Source of the DNA: Macrostomum lignano
Taxonomy: Eukaryota
Assembly (NCBI GenBank): GCA_002269645.1
Contig: NIVC01002059.1
Span: 62,001-126,000, forward strand
DNA length: 64,000 nt
Direction of reading: 5' to 3'
Numbering within the stretch: position 1 is the stretch's first letter; every line of letters begins with the position of its first letter. The position numbers and the translations under genes are program-made. Below the pieces are notes generated by a model, which saw nothing but the letters and a program-made list of their open reading frames with translations, did no database searches and had not been told where the DNA came from. Positions 25,020 through 37,817 of the stretch are shown here, in pieces.

Positions 25020-25865
25020 TACTAGTCACCAGTGACTGTACGCTACTGCACAAGTGGAACCGTGGCCTGAGGACCAGTTTTTGCCACAAAAATGGCCATT
25101 TGCTTTGCCACACTGCACTCTTGCTGAAGCTTGGATGGTGGGGTGCTGCCAACTAGAGTCCACTGGGCCAACTGCTGCTTAGTCTCCGGGTTAAAACTAT
25201 AGATCCATAACTTGTCACCACTGACAATATCCTAGACCAAGTTTAAGCTGCCTCTATTGAATCTGTCAAGCATAATCACCCAAGCCTCTTGCTCCGGAGT
25301 CAGCTTATGAGGCACCCAGCATGCTGAAATCTTGCTTAGGTTGAGCTGTAAATGCAGGATTGTCCTGATAGATCCTGATGAGCCGTCCACCTCTGCCTCT
25401 ATCTGGGCCACAGTCACTTGGGCATCATCCTAAACTATGGCCCAGATAGCAGCAACATTATCCTCAGTTGTTGCGGAGACAGACTGGCCGCTGCACTTCT
25501 CATCATCAAGACTCTGCCTGTTGCGTGTTGAAATTTGGCATAAAATGTTAAAAATGGTGGATCTAGAAGGTTCTTCATCCCCAAAAGCTCCTCGCAATCA
25601 CTCTAGACTTTGTTGTTGTCACAAACCACTTAAAATCAAAATAAATCATTGCTCTAAAATGACTCCTATTAAGCTCCATTTTGAATTTGATAGATAGTGT
25701 GGATATGCTATCTTTGTTTGGGTGCTACACTGGCTATATATGACAAGTGTGTCTGAAACTTTACAAATATTGTACTTATATAATGTACTTGACACCTATG
25801 GTGTCAGATTTTGTCAGCCGCCTCTCAACTATGCACATCCAGAAACTTATTGCTCAGCCCTCGTA
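25020..25865 (-). mobile_element. Truncated mariner element with one TIR and a decayed transposase
   Basis: The - strand starts TA-CGAGGGCTGAGCAATAAGTT at about 25865, a mariner-type terminus. GSIRTILH...SACWVPHKLT (WVPHEL motif) and IVSGDKLWIYSFNPETKQQ (first catalytic Asp region) follow, with internal stops. Confidence 0.8.
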
Positions 25866-26920
25866 TACTGAATCCTGCATATGAATGGGATGAAAAAGGC
25901 CATGAAGACTATTCCATCAACCCATGCCCCCTTTTTGCAGCTGAAGAGCAAAAGCCATTGCTCTTTACATGATGGAAACTTGGTTGTGTAACTCTTAGAG
26001 AAGTTAATGATTGTTTCAGTGGACATTGGATATTATAAGAAAATTTACTAGCAATCTTAAGTATAGCCTGGGAATCAAGTGATGGTGCAGCTGCAGCATA
26101 TTCAAGGGAAATAGAAGCACCACCATCCCAATGTTCAACAAGCTCACACAGAGAGGACTTTTAATGGTGGTGCAAAATCTAAAGGTTGTTGCTTCTAATA
26201 GAGATCTATCTGTGCAGAATGCAAAAATTGAGATTCATGGTGCAGATGCAACAACCCACACATATTGCTTTTCTCAAATAATTTCAGCTAAAAGAAAAGC
26301 TGTTTTTTGAAATGAATGAAAAAACTAGATATCTTGAGACAGAATTTGTACGATGGCGCAACGCTCATGCTGAATCTATTGCTATAGAATCTTGCTTATC
26401 AACTGATGCTGATATTGAAGTGCAGATCCAACAACCACATACAGCCATTCATTTGGACTCAGATTTGGAGACTGAGACTGATGGCTAAAGAAGTGAGAGT
26501 CCTCCAAGAAAAAATATATAGTTATACAAATAGTTACAAATAGTTACCTAATGATATATTTCCTGATGCTTGAGAAGAGCAAACCAATAATGTACTTCTA
26601 TAGATTTAAGCAACTGTCAGTCACAGAAACAAGACAAAGCATGATATGCTAAAAGATATATTTACTCAAGGTAGTATTGTGACAGTTGTTTTGCAAGACT
26701 ATAGGGCATTACAACAGATAAAGCATCTGTGATGACAGGAAGTCAAGTTGGACTTACAAGTTTGCTAAAACCATAGGCAAGAAACAATTTCTTCCAACAC
26801 CATTGTGCTGCACACAAATTGAAGCCTTCTATGTATCATGCCTTTAAAAAATTGCCATATATACAATGCCTAGATACACTACTGCAATGCCTAGACAGCA
26901 AAGAAGAATGCAAAGAATCT

Positions 26921-27125
26921 CCCAATTGCAACTTAGTTCTTCCCAATTGCAACTTAGTTCTTCCCAATTGGGACTTAGTTCCTCCTGATTGCGATTTAGT
27001 TCCTCCCGATTGCAACTTAGTTCCTCCTGATTGTGACTTAGTTCCTCTTGATTCCGACTTAGTTCCTCTCAATTGTAACTTAGTTCCTCTTAATTGCAAC
27101 TTAGTTCCCCCAATTGCAACTTAAT
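26921..27125. repeat. 21-bp minisatellite, about 10 copies, followed by a polypyrimidine low-complexity tract (27140-27300)
   Basis: Unit gcaacttagttcctcccaatt. Confidence 0.85.
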
Positions 27126-28809
27126 TTTCCCTTTGTATATGACTTTTCTTGCCTTTTTCTCTTTTCTTCTCTTTCTCTTTATCTCTTCTCTTTCCCTTCT
27201 CTTTTCTCTCCTTTCTTTTCCTTTTCTCTCCTTTCTTTTCCTTTTCTCTTCCTCTCCTTTCTTTCTTCTCCCAATTTTTTGTTTTTTTGCATTTTCTTTT
27301 TTTGACTTACCTTGGCTGGCAGCCATTTCACCCATCCAGTTTAGATAGGTCAGACAGGTATTGGGCATGTATGGATTCCATCTTGGATTATATAAATAAT
27401 ATTAATATTATAAAAAAGAAAAATCAATAGCAAAGATAGCAAAAATGTACAAAAGATTAGAAAATAGAAAGAATTAGCAGGGATGCTCATAATCATATAT
27501 ATAGGCAATAAAGTATAAGTAGAAAAATTTTCTTCGGCTAGTGCTTTTTTAGGGCTTTTTCTACCTTTGTTTCTCTTTTTAATTGTAGTCTTCATTGCTT
27601 TTTCTATTAGCCATTAAATAATTAATTATAGCCTTCTTAGAATAATTAGTTATGTAGCTACTCAATCTGAAACTTTGGATAAAATCTAGTACTTAATAGG
27701 CAATTCATGCAATCATAAGCTAAAGCAAATCACTTTTTAAAAAAAATAATAAAACATTGTAAATTTTTAGTTACGTTTATGTTCTTATTAAATGAAGTGT
27801 CAGAAAAATGACTTGGATTTAAGCTTCTATTATGGGATTTTCCCCAGTTCTAAAACCATGATTTATATTAATGTGCTGCAAAATTATAAACAAATTATAG
27901 TTGCAATATTATAAATTCTTGTCTAACATATTTTTGTTCCTTTTTTTGCATCTTTGTCTTCTCTTTGTCTTTGTCATTATGTATTTGTTAATGTATTAGT
28001 TAATAACTCATAGAATTATTAATGCAAAATTGTTGATTCATTAGTGCTAAAAATCTTTGGTACTCTATGAACATTAATAAAAAATTGTAACTTTTATTAA
28101 TGATTTTTAATAGATTGTTGTCAACACTAAGCAAAACTTAACTTATCTAAAGTCAGGATGATACATAATCTATATAAAAAATATTTTTAGTTGCATTAAG
28201 TACCTAGGCCTAATTTTTATTTCAAGTTCTATGCTAAATGGCTCACTTATTATATAATATTATATAATAGATATCTTGCTCTGTTATCTATGCCAATAAT
28301 TTTAATAGGTATCTTGTTCCTAAAAGATTATGATTACTTCAATAACATACATTTTAGTAACAGTCACTTTGACTATTATTTAATACTTAAAATATTTTAC
28401 TATATAAATCATATCTTTAATTAGAAACTAGAACTAGAATAGGAATATTCCAGGATAAATTCAAATAATATACATAAGAATAAAACATATCCATTGAATT
28501 TTTTCCTAAATATATTGATATTTCAATGAAAATTGAAATTTAAACTATTTATATAATTTTATATTCATTAAAACATTTGTTTAAACTATATTTCCTTTTA
28601 ATAAAAATTACCATATATTGAATCTTTTTTGCCACCAAAATATTTATTACAAAAATTACTTATCACTGACCTGAGTTGCACCTATCCTCTACAATTCTCA
28701 AAAATTCTCTAAAAAATATAAATCTGACTCCTGATTATAGGATTGGCTTATGATAACTTAGATTTTTGAAAATACTTTCTAGCAGAGTCTGAATTGTTGC
28801 ATCCTCTCA

Positions 28810-29280
28810 AAACCACTTATTGAAGCAGCTGGACCACCAATCCAAATATGGCACTTCCTTGGCATATCCAAAAAGGCTTTGACTGCAGCTTGATGTGTAG
28901 CAAATATCATGCATCTTCTGCTTGATTTGTAGAAATGCAATACAGGGCTAGGTCAATAATATAAGGTAGATTGCTAAGTTTTTAGAATGTGTTCTCTAGC
29001 TAAGAATTCGACTACTTGCCTAGACTTGTAGGTAGGGGCATTGTTGTGATGAAGAAGCACACCCTTGAGCTTGAGTTCTGGGGTAGTAACTAGAGAAAGC
29101 ACTTGGCAATTCTAGTAGGTAGCAGTTGGTATACCAGTTGCCAGTGATTGCACTGCTGCACAAGTGGCATAGTCACTAGATAACTAGATTTTGTGATAAA
29201 ATGACCATTATCTGCTTTGCTGCACTGTACTCTTACTGCGGTTTCAATGGTAGGTTGCTTCCAACTGCGACTTTATATAA
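28810..29280 (-). mobile_element. Second, more decayed mariner-like transposase fragment
   Basis: 29130-29270 resembles 25020-25155 in the same orientation (shared ctgcacaagtgg and cactg(t/c)actctt). No intact ORF. Confidence 0.45.
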
Positions 29281-29535
29281 GTATAAAAAAATCTTATGGT
29301 AGTGCAAGACTTATAGTCTTAGTGTATTTAATTCTAAATCAAATCAATTTGAGTTTTCACATTATAATTGACAACTAAATCTTATATCATAATTGCAAAG
29401 TTTTTACCATGTGACTATCTAAAAAATAGAAAGGGTAATCCAGCTTACCACCGATAAAATTGATGATTTGTTTTTATGCATGTTGCAAGACACTTCAGTT
29501 TAATCCTATCCTACAGCTATACACACTTAGCCAAA

Positions 29536-29670
29536 ATGCAGCCACTGAAGTGCGCCTACCAGAACTATGCCTGGGGTAAAATTGGTACTGACAGCAAAGT
29601 ATTCAGCCTGTTAAAACAGTCTGGTCAGTACACTTTTCAAGACAGTGATATCAGCAAGCCATTTGCTGAG
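29536..29670 (+). CDS. MPI: Mannose-6-phosphate isomerase (class I), exon 1
   Basis: MQPLKCAYQNYAWGKIG...KPFAE contains the YxWGK and P[FY]AE motifs. Donor GAG|GTAATT, phase 0. Confidence 0.9.
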
Positions 29671-29713
29671 GTAATTTTTTTATTGTTTGCATGTTATCAA
29701 ACCATAGCAACTT

Positions 29714-30880
29714 AGCAAGTCTTAGGGTACTGGATTAGCAAGTAATGGGGTACTGGATTAGCAAGTGATGGAGTACTGGATTAGCAAGTGATGCGGTACT
29801 GGATTAGCAAGTGATGGGGATGGGGTGCTGGATTAGCAAGTAATGGGGTACTGGATTAGCAAGTGATGGGGATGGGGTGCTGGATTAGCAAGTAATGGGG
29901 TACTGGATTAGCAAGTGATGGAGTACTGGATTAGCAAGTGATGCGGTACTGGATTAGCAAGTGATGGGGATGGGGTGCTGGATTAGCAAGTGATGGGGAT
30001 GGGGTGCTGGATTAGCAAGTAATGGGGTACTGGATTAGCAAGTCATAGGGTACTGGATTAGCAAGTGATGGGGTACTGGATTAGCAAGTGATGGGGATGG
30101 GGTGCTGGATTAGCAAGTGATGGGGATGGGGTGCTGGATTAGCAAGTAATGGGGTACTGGATTAGCAAGTCATAGGGTACTGGATTAGCAAGTGATGGGG
30201 TACTGGATTAGCAAGTGATGGGGTACTGGATTAGCAAGTAATGGAGTGCTGGATTAGCAAGTGATGGGGTACTGGATTAGCAAGTAATGGGGTACTGGAT
30301 TAGCAAGTCATAGGGTACTGGATTAGCAAGTGATGGGGTACTGGATTAGCAAGTCATAGGGTACTGGATTAGCAAGTGATGCGGTACTGGATTAGCAAGT
30401 CATAGGGTACTGGATTAGCAAGTCATAGGGTACTGGATTAGCAAGTGATGGGGTACTGGATTAGCAAGTCATAGGGTACTGGATTAGCAAGTGATGGGGT
30501 ACTGGATTAGCAAGTCATAGGGTACTGGATTAGCAAGTCATAGGGTACTGGATTAGCAAGTCATAGGGTACTGGATTAGCAAGTGATGGGGTACTGGATT
30601 AGCAAGTGATGGGGATGGGGTGCTGGATTAGCATTAGCAAGTAATGGGGTGCTGGATTAGCAAGTGATGGGGTACTGGATTAGCAAGTGATGGGGATGGG
30701 GTGCTGGATTAGCATTAGCAAGTAATGGGGTGCTGGATTAGCAAGTGATGGGGTACTGGATTAGCAAGTGATGGGGATGGGGTGCTGGATTAGCATTAGC
30801 AAGTAATGGGGTGCTGGATTAGCAAGTGATGGGGTACTGGATTAGCAAGTTATGGAGTGGTGGATTAGCAAGTGCTGGGG
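29714..30880. repeat. 23-bp minisatellite (with 28-bp variants) filling MPI intron 1
   Basis: Unit actggattagcaagtgatggggt. Confidence 0.95.
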
Positions 30881-30942
30881 TAGGCGATGCACCCAGTTCA
30901 ACTACCTGGCTGATTGTTCAAGCATCTCCGCGCCCGTCGCAG

Positions 30943-31490
30943 CTGTGGATGGGCTGCCACCCTTCGGGCCGTCGAAGCTGCTGGACCAACCGGACACCTC
31001 CCTGCAGGACTGGTTGGCCGCTAATCCGCAACTAGCCGGCGGCAGCGTCGCGGCCAAGGACGGCCTGCCGTTTCTGTTCAAAGTGCTGGCCGTGGCGAAG
31101 CCGCTATCAATTCAGGCCCATCCGGACAAAGCACTAGCCGGCCGGCTGCACGCCCAGCAGCCCGACGTGTACAAGGACGCCAATCACAAGCCGGAGATGG
31201 CCATCGCGTTGACTCCATTCAAAGCGCTGTGCGGCTTTCGTCAGGCCAGCCAAATTGCTGGCTATTGCGAACAGCTGACCGATCAGCTGGGTCCGGTGGT
31301 TGGCACCGACGGGCTGGCCGCCCTGCGCGGCGCCGTCAACGCCTTTGCTGGCAGCGACCGAGCCAAGGAGGCGATCCGGCTGGCCTACAGCAACCTGATG
31401 CGCCAGCCGGAGTCGGCCGTGAAAGCCTGCCTCGATAGTCTGCTGGCTTTGGACGATGGCCAGTGCCGGCTGCTGCCGCTGCTGCGCGAG
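30943..31490 (+). CDS. MPI: MPI exon 2, with apparent 1-nt deletion frameshift at about 30969-30970
   Basis: Acceptor cgtcgcag|CTG TGG ATG (LWMGCHPSG). The -1 frame then continues PSKLL...LPFLFKVL...PLSIQAHPDK...DANHKPEMAIALTPFKALCGFR. Donor GAG|GTGCTG, phase 0. Confidence 0.85.
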
Positions 31491-31559
31491 GTGCTGCGGG
31501 AATTCTACCTGATGCTTTATTCCCCATCCCATTCTCCAGATTCCTGCAGTATCCCTTGA

Positions 31560-31865
31560 AAATCATCGTGAAAATCATATGATGCTTCTGTTCTAAACTT
31601 GGAAATCACGTGATGCTTCTGTTCTTATCGTGAAAATCACGTGATGCTTCTGTTCTTATCGTGAAAATCACGTGATGCTTCTGTTCTCATCGTGGAAATC
31701 ACGTGATGCTTCTGTTCTCATCGTGAAAATCATATGATGCTTCTGCTCTCATCGTGAAAATCACGTGATGCTTTTGTTCTCATCGTGAAAATCACGTGAT
31801 GCTTTTGTTCTCATCCCAAAAAATCACGTGATGCTTCTGTTTTCATCGGGAAAATCACGTGATGT
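31560..31865. repeat. 31-bp minisatellite with palindromic ATCACGTGAT, in MPI intron 2
   Basis: Unit atcacgtgatgcttctgttctcatcgtgaaa, about 9-10 copies. Confidence 0.9.
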
Positions 31866-32324
31866 TTGAATCCCTGGCCTGTCGCTATCAAGTGATAAAG
31901 CGATAAACCGTCTCTCTCTCCTCTCCCCTGTAAGCTGTATCTGTTTCATGCAGAGGCTAGGGAGATCAAGGCAGGGTGAAGCCATGCCTAGTAGTCAAGG
32001 AGACCGTGCGTGTCAGCAATAATTGGCCAGATTCGATCTGTTTCGTGTCTGTCATCAATCCTCATATGCTTTACTAACTAACTACAGTATGAATACAGAG
32101 CCTTCATTCGACTTTTCTGCGTGCTCATTTTCTCTGTCTGTCTCTGTCTCTGTGTGTGTATTCAAGCGATAATAACGTGCCTATTGCGATTCTGTTTGTA
32201 AACAATACTTGCTTAGGATGGCCTGTTTTTTTTCACCCGACCCTTCGTGAAACCAGCTTGCAAAATGCTAAAGTAGATTTACTATTAAGCAAAATAAGAA
32301 GATCGTGATTCCCCATCTCTTAAA

Positions 32325-33600
32325 TAGCGACTCCCCCATCTCTTAAATAGCGATTTCCTTATCTCTTAGATAGCGATTCTCCATCTCTTAGATAGCGATT
32401 CCCCCATCTCTTAGCGATTCCCCCATCTCTTAGCGATTCCCCCATCTCTTAGCGATTCCCCCATCTCTTAGCGATTCCCCCATCTCTTAGCGATTCCCCC
32501 ATCTCTTAGCAATTCCCCCATCTCTTATCGATTCCCCCATCTCTTAGCGATCCCCCATCTCTTAGCGATTCCCCCATCTCTTAGCGATTCCCCCATCTCT
32601 TAGCGATTCCCCATCTCTTAGCGATTCCCCCATCTCTTAGCGATTCCCCCATCTCTTAGCGATTCCCCCATCTCTTAGCAATTCCCCCATCTCTTATCGA
32701 TTCCCCCATCTCTTAGCGATCCCCCCATCTCTTAGCGATTCCCCCATCTCTTAGCGATTCCCCATCTCTTAGCGATTCCCCCATCTCTTAGCAATTCCCC
32801 CATCTCTTATCGATTCCCCCATCTCTTAGCGATCCCCCATCTCTTAGCGATTCCCCCATCTCTTATCGATTCCCCCATCTCTTAGCGATTCCCCCATCTC
32901 TTAGCGATTCCCCCATCTCTTAGCGATCCCCCATCTCTTAGCAATCCCCCCATCTCTTATCGATTCCCCCATCTCTTATCGATTCCCCCATCTCTTAGCG
33001 ATTCCCCCATCTCTTAGCGATTCCCCCATCTCTTAGCGATCCCCCATCTCTTAGCAATCCCCCATCTCTTATCGATTCCCCCATTTCTTAGCGATCCCAT
33101 TCCCATCTCTTAGCGATTCCCCCATCTCTTAGCGATCCCCATCTCTTAGCAATCCCCCATCTCTTAGATAGCAATTACCCATCTCTTAGATAGCGATTCC
33201 CATCTCTTAGATAGTGATCCCCCGTCTCTTAGATAGTGATTCCCCATATCTTCGATAGTGATTTCCCCGTCTCTTAGATAGCGATTCCCCCTTCTCTTAG
33301 ATAGTGATTCCCCCGTCTCTTAGATGGCAATTCCCCATCTCTTAGATAGCGATTCCCTATCTCTTAGATAGCGATTCCCCATCTCTTAGATAGCGATTCC
33401 CTATCTCTTAGATAGCGATTCCCTATCTCTTAGATAGCGATTCCCCATCTCTTAGATAGCGATTCCCTATCTCTTAGATGGCGATTCTCTATCTCTTAGA
33501 TAGCGATTCCCTATCTCTTAGATGGCGATTCTCTATCTCTTAGATAGCGATTCCCTATCTCTTAGATAGCTATTCCCCATCTCTTAGATAGCGATTCCTC
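32325..33600. repeat. 19/23-bp minisatellite in MPI intron 2
   Basis: Core unit atctcttagcgattccccc; the flanking units carry an extra atag (23 bp). Confidence 0.95.
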
Positions 33601-33722
33601 TAACTGAATCGTTATAGAATTTATTCCATATCACATGATTAAGTTGCAATTTTATGTTGAATGATAATGCAATTAAATATTCTCATGGTCGAATAGCAAC
33701 TAAATAACTTCGCCAATAACAG

Positions 33723-34289
33723 ATCCACGCGGACTTTCCCGGGGACATCGGCTGCCTCTCTGTGTTCTTCATGAACCTGATCGAACTGCAGCCGGGCGAA
33801 GCGATTTTCCTGGCTGCCAATCTGCCGCATGCCTATCTTAGCGGCGACTGCATCGAGTGCATGGCCTGCTCGGACAATGTTGTACGCGCCGGCCTGACTC
33901 CCAAGCTCAAGGATGTCGACACTCTGTTGTCCATGCTGGATTACGAAGGCCGATCAGCTGACTCGTGCAAATTCGAGTCAGTAGACTTGGCCAGCGGTGT
34001 CGCCTCTTATGCGCCGCCTGTGCCTGAATTCTGCGTTGTCCGGCTGTGTAGCACTGGCACCCAAGGAGAGCTGACTCCCCCGCCGCTGCCACCCGCGTCG
34101 CCCGGCATTCTGATCTGTACGGCCGGATCTGGCCGGCTGTGCGCCGCTATGGCCGACGGCGGACAAACGGCCGAGCGGACTGTCAACGTTGGCGACGTGT
34201 TGTTTGTGCCGGCCGGCTGTCAGCTGCGCGCTATTGAATCTGTTCAGCTGGAGGCCTATCTGGCGTATGCGCCTGCGGCTGCTACTTAA
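33723..34289 (+). CDS. MPI: MPI exon 3; corrected product about 416 aa
   Basis: Acceptor aacag|ATC gives IHADFPGDIGC...GEAIFLAANLPHAYLSGDCIECMACSDNVVRAGLTPK; stop TAA at 34287-34289. Confidence 0.9.
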   Translation: MHADFPGDIGCLSVFFMNLIELQPGEAIFLAANLPHAYLSGDCIECMACSDNVVRAGLTPKLKDVDTLLSMLDYEGRSADSCKFESVDLASGVASYAPPVPEFCVVRLCSTGTQGELTPPPLPPASPGILICTAGSGRLCAAMADGGQTAERTVNVGDVLFVPAGCQLRAIESVQLEAYLAYAPAAAT

Positions 34290-34467
34290 CTCAGGCTACA
34301 AGTATAGAGTATTCTCCGCTCCAAGTTGATTCTAGCAGGGACTGCTGCGATTAATTTCTACAAATACAGAAGAGATAATCATAACACCCTTAAAGCATGG
34401 GTATTGAGAATTGAGGGAGTAAAGGGCAGGTATGTGGGGGTAAGACCCATTACCATAGACTTTAATA

Positions 34468-35249
34468 GGGGGCAGGCCCAATCTAGCTCAGCCAATGAGA
34501 GAGCAGTAAGGAGAAAGATCAAAGTCAGACGGACGAAACTCGCCTGGGGGCAGGCCCAATCGCAGGTCCAATCTAGCTCAGCCAATGAGAGAGCAGTAAG
34601 GAGAGAGGTCAAAGTCAGACGGACGAAACTCGCCTGGGGGCGGGCCCAATCGCAGGTCCAATCTAGCTCAGCCAATGAGAGAGCAGTAAGGAGAGAGGTC
34701 AAAGTCAGACGGACGAAACTCGCCTGGGGGCGGGCCCAATCGCAGGTCCAATCTAGCTCAGCCAATGAGAGAGCAGTAAGGAGAAAGATCAGAGTCAGAC
34801 GGACGAAACTCGCCTGGGGGCAGGCCCAATCGCAGGTCCAATCTAGCTCAGCCAATGAGAGAGCAGTAAGGAGAAAGATCAGAGTCAGACGGACGAAACT
34901 CGCCTGGGGGCAGGCCCAATCGCAGGTCCAATCTAGCTCAGCCAATGAGAGAGCAGTAAGGAGAAAGATCAGAGTCAGACGGACGAAACTCGCCTGGGGG
35001 CAGGCCCAATCGCAGGTCCAATCTAGCTCAGCCAATGAGAGAGCAGTAAGGAGAAAGATCAGAGTCAGACGGACGAAACTCGCCTGGGGCAGGCCCAATC
35101 GCAGGTCCAATCTAGCTCAGCCAATGAGAGAGCAGTAAGGAGAAAGATCAGAGTCAGACGGACGAAACTCGCCTGGAGGCAGGCCCAATCGCAGGTCCAA
35201 TCTAGCTCAGCCAATGAGAGAGCAGTAAGGAGAGAGGTCAAAGTCAGAC
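34468..35249. repeat. 90-bp tandem repeat downstream of MPI, about 8.5 copies
   Basis: Period 90 (34801, 34891); three CCAAT motifs per unit. Confidence 0.95.
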
Positions 35250-36316
35250 ACAAGCGGGCAATAGAAAAGCCTATCAGGGTGATGGGTGCTGAAGCGACAC
35301 CCCTTTCTCTCTTGCTCTCTATGCACACTCTATGGACAATCGCGACAAGACGGAAAATTCAATTATTAACTTACACTAAATGACAAAACAGTTTTCATCT
35401 ACTGGCAAGTTTAAAATTTCCAGCTTAATGATTGTAAAATGGTTTAGATCATGTCTGTTTTTCATGCTCTAGCAATAAGTCTATTAAGATAATTAAGAGT
35501 GGGCAAAATGTTGTGATTTACATTTGTTCTTCTTCGCGTCTCTGAGCAATATGAGCATTTTAATCGCTCAACTTTTGTGTTACTTTTTATCTATGAAATA
35601 CTGTTATATTTAAATGAAATTTTCAGTAAGGAATCATTGCCCAATACGGCCTTTGTAGCAACAGGCTTAATCCAGCAACTGTGAGCTACTTATTAGGCTT
35701 AGCGCTGATTAAGCGTGGGTCTGTCTCAGCAGTCATTAGTGTACTTAGGGTACGCCGGAAGGGCGTTAACCTGGTTTTTAGAATCGCGTTCTCTTGTTTG
35801 TGACTAATTAATAAAGAAGATGTTTTTAATCATTCACTGTCTGGGGTGTCTACCAACACTTTGTTCTGTGTTATTGATTTGCTCTCTTGGTTTAGTTAAT
35901 TATTTAGAGCACTATCTGTATATCTATTGTTCTCTTCTGGCTTCTACATGCAATTGGTTTTTTCCATTAATAGTTTGTATGCCATTATTTATCCGGTTAA
36001 ATGCTCTTGTTCTCCAATCTTGCTGATTGGTTTCTGCGCGTAAATAAACATTTCTATTTTTGAAGGTTTAGCCGCTTCACTTGCAATGTGATGATGCTTA
36101 AATTTTTTGTACCTTTCTAGAATTTAGTTCATTATGTACTTTTATAACTGGTGATTTTTTATATTAGGTTTGTGTCACAATAATAAATCTATATATTTAG
36201 ATATCTTCATTATATGATGGTTTTTGTTGATTTCTCAATGGAGCCCTTTGTTTTAATATATCATAATTCTATTGATTAGGTCCTCCTTGATTGGGTGTCT
36301 TTTTTACTGCCGATTT

Positions 36317-37672
36317 ATTTAGATATTGGCTGTTGTTAGCCATATGGGATTTAGATATTGGCTATTGCTAGCCATATGGGATTTAGATATTGGCTGTTGT
36401 TAGCCATATGGGATTTAGATATTGGCTATTGCTAGCCATATGGGATTTAGATATTGGCTATTGCTAGCCATATGGGATTTAGATATTGGCTGTTGTTAGC
36501 CATATGGGATTTAGATATTGGCTATTGCTAGCCATATGGGATTTAGATATTGGCTGTTGTTAGCCATATGGGATTTAGATATTGGCTATTGCTAGCCATA
36601 TGGGATTTAGATAATGGCTTTTGCTAGCCATATGGGATTTAGATATTGGCTATTGCTAGCCATGTGGGATTTAGATATTGGCTATTGCTAGCGATATGGG
36701 ATTTAGATATTGGCTATTGCTAGCGATATGGGATTTAGATATTGGCTAGTGCTAGCCATATGGGATTTAGATATTGGCTATTGCTAGCCATATGGGATTT
36801 AGATATTGGCTATTGCTAGCCATATGGGATTTAGATATTGGCTATTGCTAGCCATATGGGATTTAGATATTGGCTAGTGCTAGCCATATGGGATTTAGAT
36901 ATTGGCTGTTGTTAGCCATATGGGATTTAGATATTGGCCATTGCTAGCCATATGGGATTTAGATATTGGCTATTGCTAGCCATGTAGGATTTAGATATTG
37001 GCTATTGCTAGCCATATGGGATTTAGATATTGGCTATTGCTAGCCATATGGGATTTAGATATTGGCTATTGCTAGCCATGTGGGATTTAGATATTGGCTA
37101 TTGCTAGCCATGTGGGATTTAGATATTGGCTATTGTTAGCCATATGGGATTTAGATATTGGCTATTGCTAGCCATGTGGGATTTAGATATTGGCTATTGC
37201 TAGCCATGTGGGATTTAGATATTGGCTATTGCTAGCCATATGGGATTTAGATATTGGCTATTGCTAGCCATATGGGATTTAGATATTGGCTGTTGTTAGC
37301 CATATGGGTTTTAGATATTGGCTATTGCTAGCCATGTGGGATTTAGATATTGGCTAGTGCTAGCCATGTGGGATTTAGATATTGGCTATTGCTAGCCATG
37401 TGAGATTTAGATATTGGCTATTGCTAGCCATGTGGGATTTAGATATTGGCTATTGCTAGCCATGTGGGATTTAGATATTGGCTATTGCTAGCCATGTGGG
37501 ATTTAGATATTGGCTATTGCTAGCCATATGGGATTTAGATATTGGCTATTGCTAGCCATATGGGATTTAGATATTGGCTAGTGCTAGCCATATGGGATTT
37601 AGATATTGGCTAGTACTAGCCATGTGGGATTTAGATATTGGCTTTTGCTAGCCATGTGGGATTTAGATATTG
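36317..37672. repeat. 32-bp minisatellite upstream of SHOC2, about 42 copies
   Basis: Unit gatttagatattggctattgctagccatatgg. Confidence 0.95.
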
Positions 37673-37817
37673 ATGAGGATTAAGTCATGTTAATTTAAGA
37701 AATGATTTTTTATACCTAGTGCTAAATGACAATAAAGGTCCCGTAGCAGCCCCAGTCTTTGCCTATTACACGTGCACTACTGGCATGCGATGACATCCGC
37801 TCTACTCCGCAGCGAAA

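Noticed and set aside
27090-27430. Lys/Arg-rich and Phe/Leu/Ser-rich ORFs
   Set aside because: They are translations of a polypyrimidine/polypurine low-complexity tract.
34326-35328. 270-aa and 243-aa repeat ORFs, and a possible hammerhead ribozyme (GTC...GGACGAAAC)
   Set aside because: The ORFs follow from the 90-bp period. The unit has GACGAAAC but no upstream CUGANGA core on either strand, so it is not a canonical hammerhead.
34454-35334. CATAGAC...CTCTATG as TIRs around the 90-bp array
   Set aside because: The match is short and imperfect, and the flanks show no TSD.
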